Assembly (NCBI GenBank): GCA_965644295.1
Contig: CBFFRP010000071.1
Span: forward strand, 124,001-188,000
Reading direction: 5' to 3'
From: Paraphysomonas bandaiensis
Lineage: Eukaryota > Protista > Chrysophyceae
DNA: 64,000 nt
The notes beneath the pieces were generated by a model. It was not told the DNA's origin. It worked only from the letters and a program-made list of their open reading frames with translations, and did not search any database. How positions within the stretch are numbered: position 1 is the first letter of the stretch; each line of letters starts with the position of its first letter. The translations under genes were made by a program, and so were the position numbers. Shown one piece after another: positions 61,570 to 64,000 of the stretch.

Positions 61570-63450
61570 TGAGCTCTATATTCAACAATTATGACTTGAA
61601 TTAATATAATCTGAAGTACATGTGTTGTGTCTTTTTTTGTTATATTTTGTTTTTCTTGTTTCTATCACTTCTGATTCGAATGATAATAATATATTTCATT
61701 TATTTGCACTGATCATTTCCCGTCTTCGTTTATCGTGACTATTAAAATATGGTTTAGGATAAAAGTTACGGATTAATGCATGCATGTCAGCCGTTGAGAA
61801 ATATTATGATATAGATGCCGCCCGACCCACCTGCTAGAGATGTATGCAGTGCTATTATATTGTGGAAGTGAAGAGTATCATAGTGCAATATATATATATT
61901 GCATATTGCAGTAGTAGAGATGGTTTATAATATATTTGAATATATTGCTGGAGCCCACTATAAACTTCACATACTTCTATAGAACATCTAACGAATTCGC
62001 AGACAGTAACGTCTACCTTCTACGAATTAATTGCGCGAATTTGACCTTTTATTTTCACCATTCCAAGAGGCTAACCACCGCTCGCCTGCGTATTGCCTCC
62101 AATTAACTACTAAAACTCTGATCTTTTGCACTGATATTACGTAGTCCCCTAATCTGTAATTATGTCATCTCTCGGTTACATACTACACCCCCATTATACC
62201 CATCCATGCATACAGCTGACTATGCTTAATTATTTTTAGTCGTGCTGCATGAGTTGAAATTTTCCCATCTGTATGAATATTACATTTAACTACTTGGTCT
62301 AGCGGATCAAATACCTTTAACATCAAACTTCAATCTGTAGAACATGTTACACCATCTGATTTTATTAATTTATCAGAAGTGAAAGATGTACGTTGATCCA
62401 TACATAGTTATGAATACTTAATGTGTACGGGTTTAGAGAGTGAATGAATGACAGTTGCCTGTACGAGCAGTCAGTAAGTAGTCCGACTCGAAGGTATTAC
62501 TATATATTCCACTGTGCTGCTCACTTACTACAGTATTTTTGTAAATTGTAGTATCAGATAAGCTGCCCAACTTGAGTGTTTACTTAGGTACTCGCATAGT
62601 GATGCAACGCCTAATCAATATTTGTCGAACGAACACACCATGTATATTACGGCTGTAAGTAAGTGGTCGGCACATTAATAGGATTGTTGCAATGAATAGT
62701 ACATATGTAATTTTGTTATCGTCATGTTTATTCATCGATAGTGATGTAATCTTTTATCAGACAATGATACTGTACGTTTAGTATAGCTACACGATCATAT
62801 GCTGCTGATAGTTTCATCGCACATTCACTCGGTCTAACCAATAGAGTGGCGATCAACAGCTACTGGGACTGTATATGAGATCACATGCATCATAACAACA
62901 AGAGAAACAGATGAATGTCCATAGCAGTCCCTCATCACTGTGTTCTAATAATGCGTGTCAGTCGCATCATGCCGACAGACATATAGGTGTTATATGAAGA
63001 GTAGAGCTGTGCCTTGTTATGTCCCTCACACACTAGCTAAAGGTGTGTGCATATCTCCTGCATCATGTTAAACAGCAGGGTCTACTGGTGGACATATACA
63101 GCAGATACGTATATATATACAGCAGTATACAGAACGAACATCTAGAATGTGTACAAGAATGACCAAAGAAAAAAACACTAATTTTCAGCACCATAAAAAG
63201 GTGATTTTTAAGTGATACATCACACTGATATAGAAATACAGCACAGCAGGCATAGAGAGTGGGATGATGTGTTCGTAGTATTGAATATTCTGCCATTCAT
63301 ACGTGTGTTCTGTGGTGCATAGTATATGTACTGCTGTACTCAGTCCTGTTCTATATGACTGTACATGTATATAGAGGAACACTGCGCATATATAATAACA
63401 TATTCACCTTAAGAACATCTGAGACATATCTACTCTGTGTATATTCTAAC

Positions 63451-63891
63451 ATGTTTGCACTCGTAACGGGAAGGCATATATTAAGGCGAGCTCACACATC
63501 CGCTCCATGCGCCCCTCACATCCGACTACTGTGCTCTCGACACGGCAGTCCTGTTAACTCTGTCGCCAATCCCGAGCCATCTAAAGTAGATGATGCGTGG
63601 GTGGAAGTAAAGGATGAGGGGAGTGGACAGTACTATTGGTGGAATAAAATGACCAATGAAACAACGCATTTAGGTGCTCCTCGACCACAGTCTAGTGATG
63701 TTGCGAACACATCGCAAGCTCCACCTCCAGCACAGCAAGGAGGTGGTATGATGTCCGAATTCGGCAGCATGGTTGCGCAGGGAATGGCGTTTGGAGCAGG
63801 GTCGTCGATAGCCCACAATGTAATCGGCTCGATATTTGGCGGATCATCAGGCCATGATGATCATCCAGATGATGACGGTGTCGACATATAA
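63451..63891 (+). CDS. Probable mitochondrial protein: presequence + WW domain + CHCHD2/Mix17-like hydrophobic helix
   Basis: Arg-rich, acid-free N-terminus MFALVTGRHILRRAHTS. WW AWVEVKDEGSGQYYWWNKMTNETTH. Helix GSMVAQGMAFGAGSSIAHNVIGSIFGG. Confidence 0.75.
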   Translation: MFALVTGRHILRRAHTSAPCAPHIRLLCSRHGSPVNSVANPEPSKVDDAWVEVKDEGSGQYYWWNKMTNETTHLGAPRPQSSDVANTSQAPPPAQQGGGMMSEFGSMVAQGMAFGAGSSIAHNVIGSIFGGSSGHDDHPDDDGVDI

Positions 63892-64000
63892 GTAATGAAA
63901 TGTGATAATAATTGGCCTTAATAAGGATATATTTTTTTTAATTCAGTGCTTTCTTGGAGCTATTTATGCAAGCTAAGTAAGCTTTTACAGTGAATAGGTG

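Overview
Eukaryotic nuclear DNA, gene-dense, with short (~45-55 nt) GT-AG introns. The gene set and intron size suggest a stramenopile protist, but that is inference only. Genes in order: two-pore channel (-, runs off the left edge), P5-type ATPase (+), a giant intronless B12-dependent methionine synthase (+), an NB-ARC/PX/TPR protein (-), a small hypothetical gene (+), an MRH-lectin/EDEM-type GH47 mannosidase fusion (-), a receiver-domain protein (+), a CH-domain/WW protein (+), SF1/BBP (-), NOC2 (-), a small PH-domain protein (+), and a WW + CHCHD2/Mix17-like-helix protein (+). The headline observation is MetH (10913-19549, 2878 aa). Its homocysteine-binding + folate-binding half occurs as three in-frame, near-identical tandem copies (period 2274 bp) joined by a dedicated linker, and all three feed one cobalamin domain and one reactivation domain. 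The linker occurs nowhere else in the window, so mis-assembly of a single-copy gene cannot explain it, although the exact copy number needs long reads. The second highlight is a three-level nest at 49671-57006. A 5'-truncated RT-RNase H LINE with a target-site duplication (TSD) is interrupted by a 4550-bp insert with frame-restoring GT...AG ends, which itself carries a foldback DNA element with 1.1-kb inverted arms. Also present: a family of LINE-type 3' ends sharing a non-poly(A) tail, two hAT MITEs, a copia relic, a perfect 59-bp hairpin upstream of MetH, and long (TATG)n arrays just upstream of start codons.
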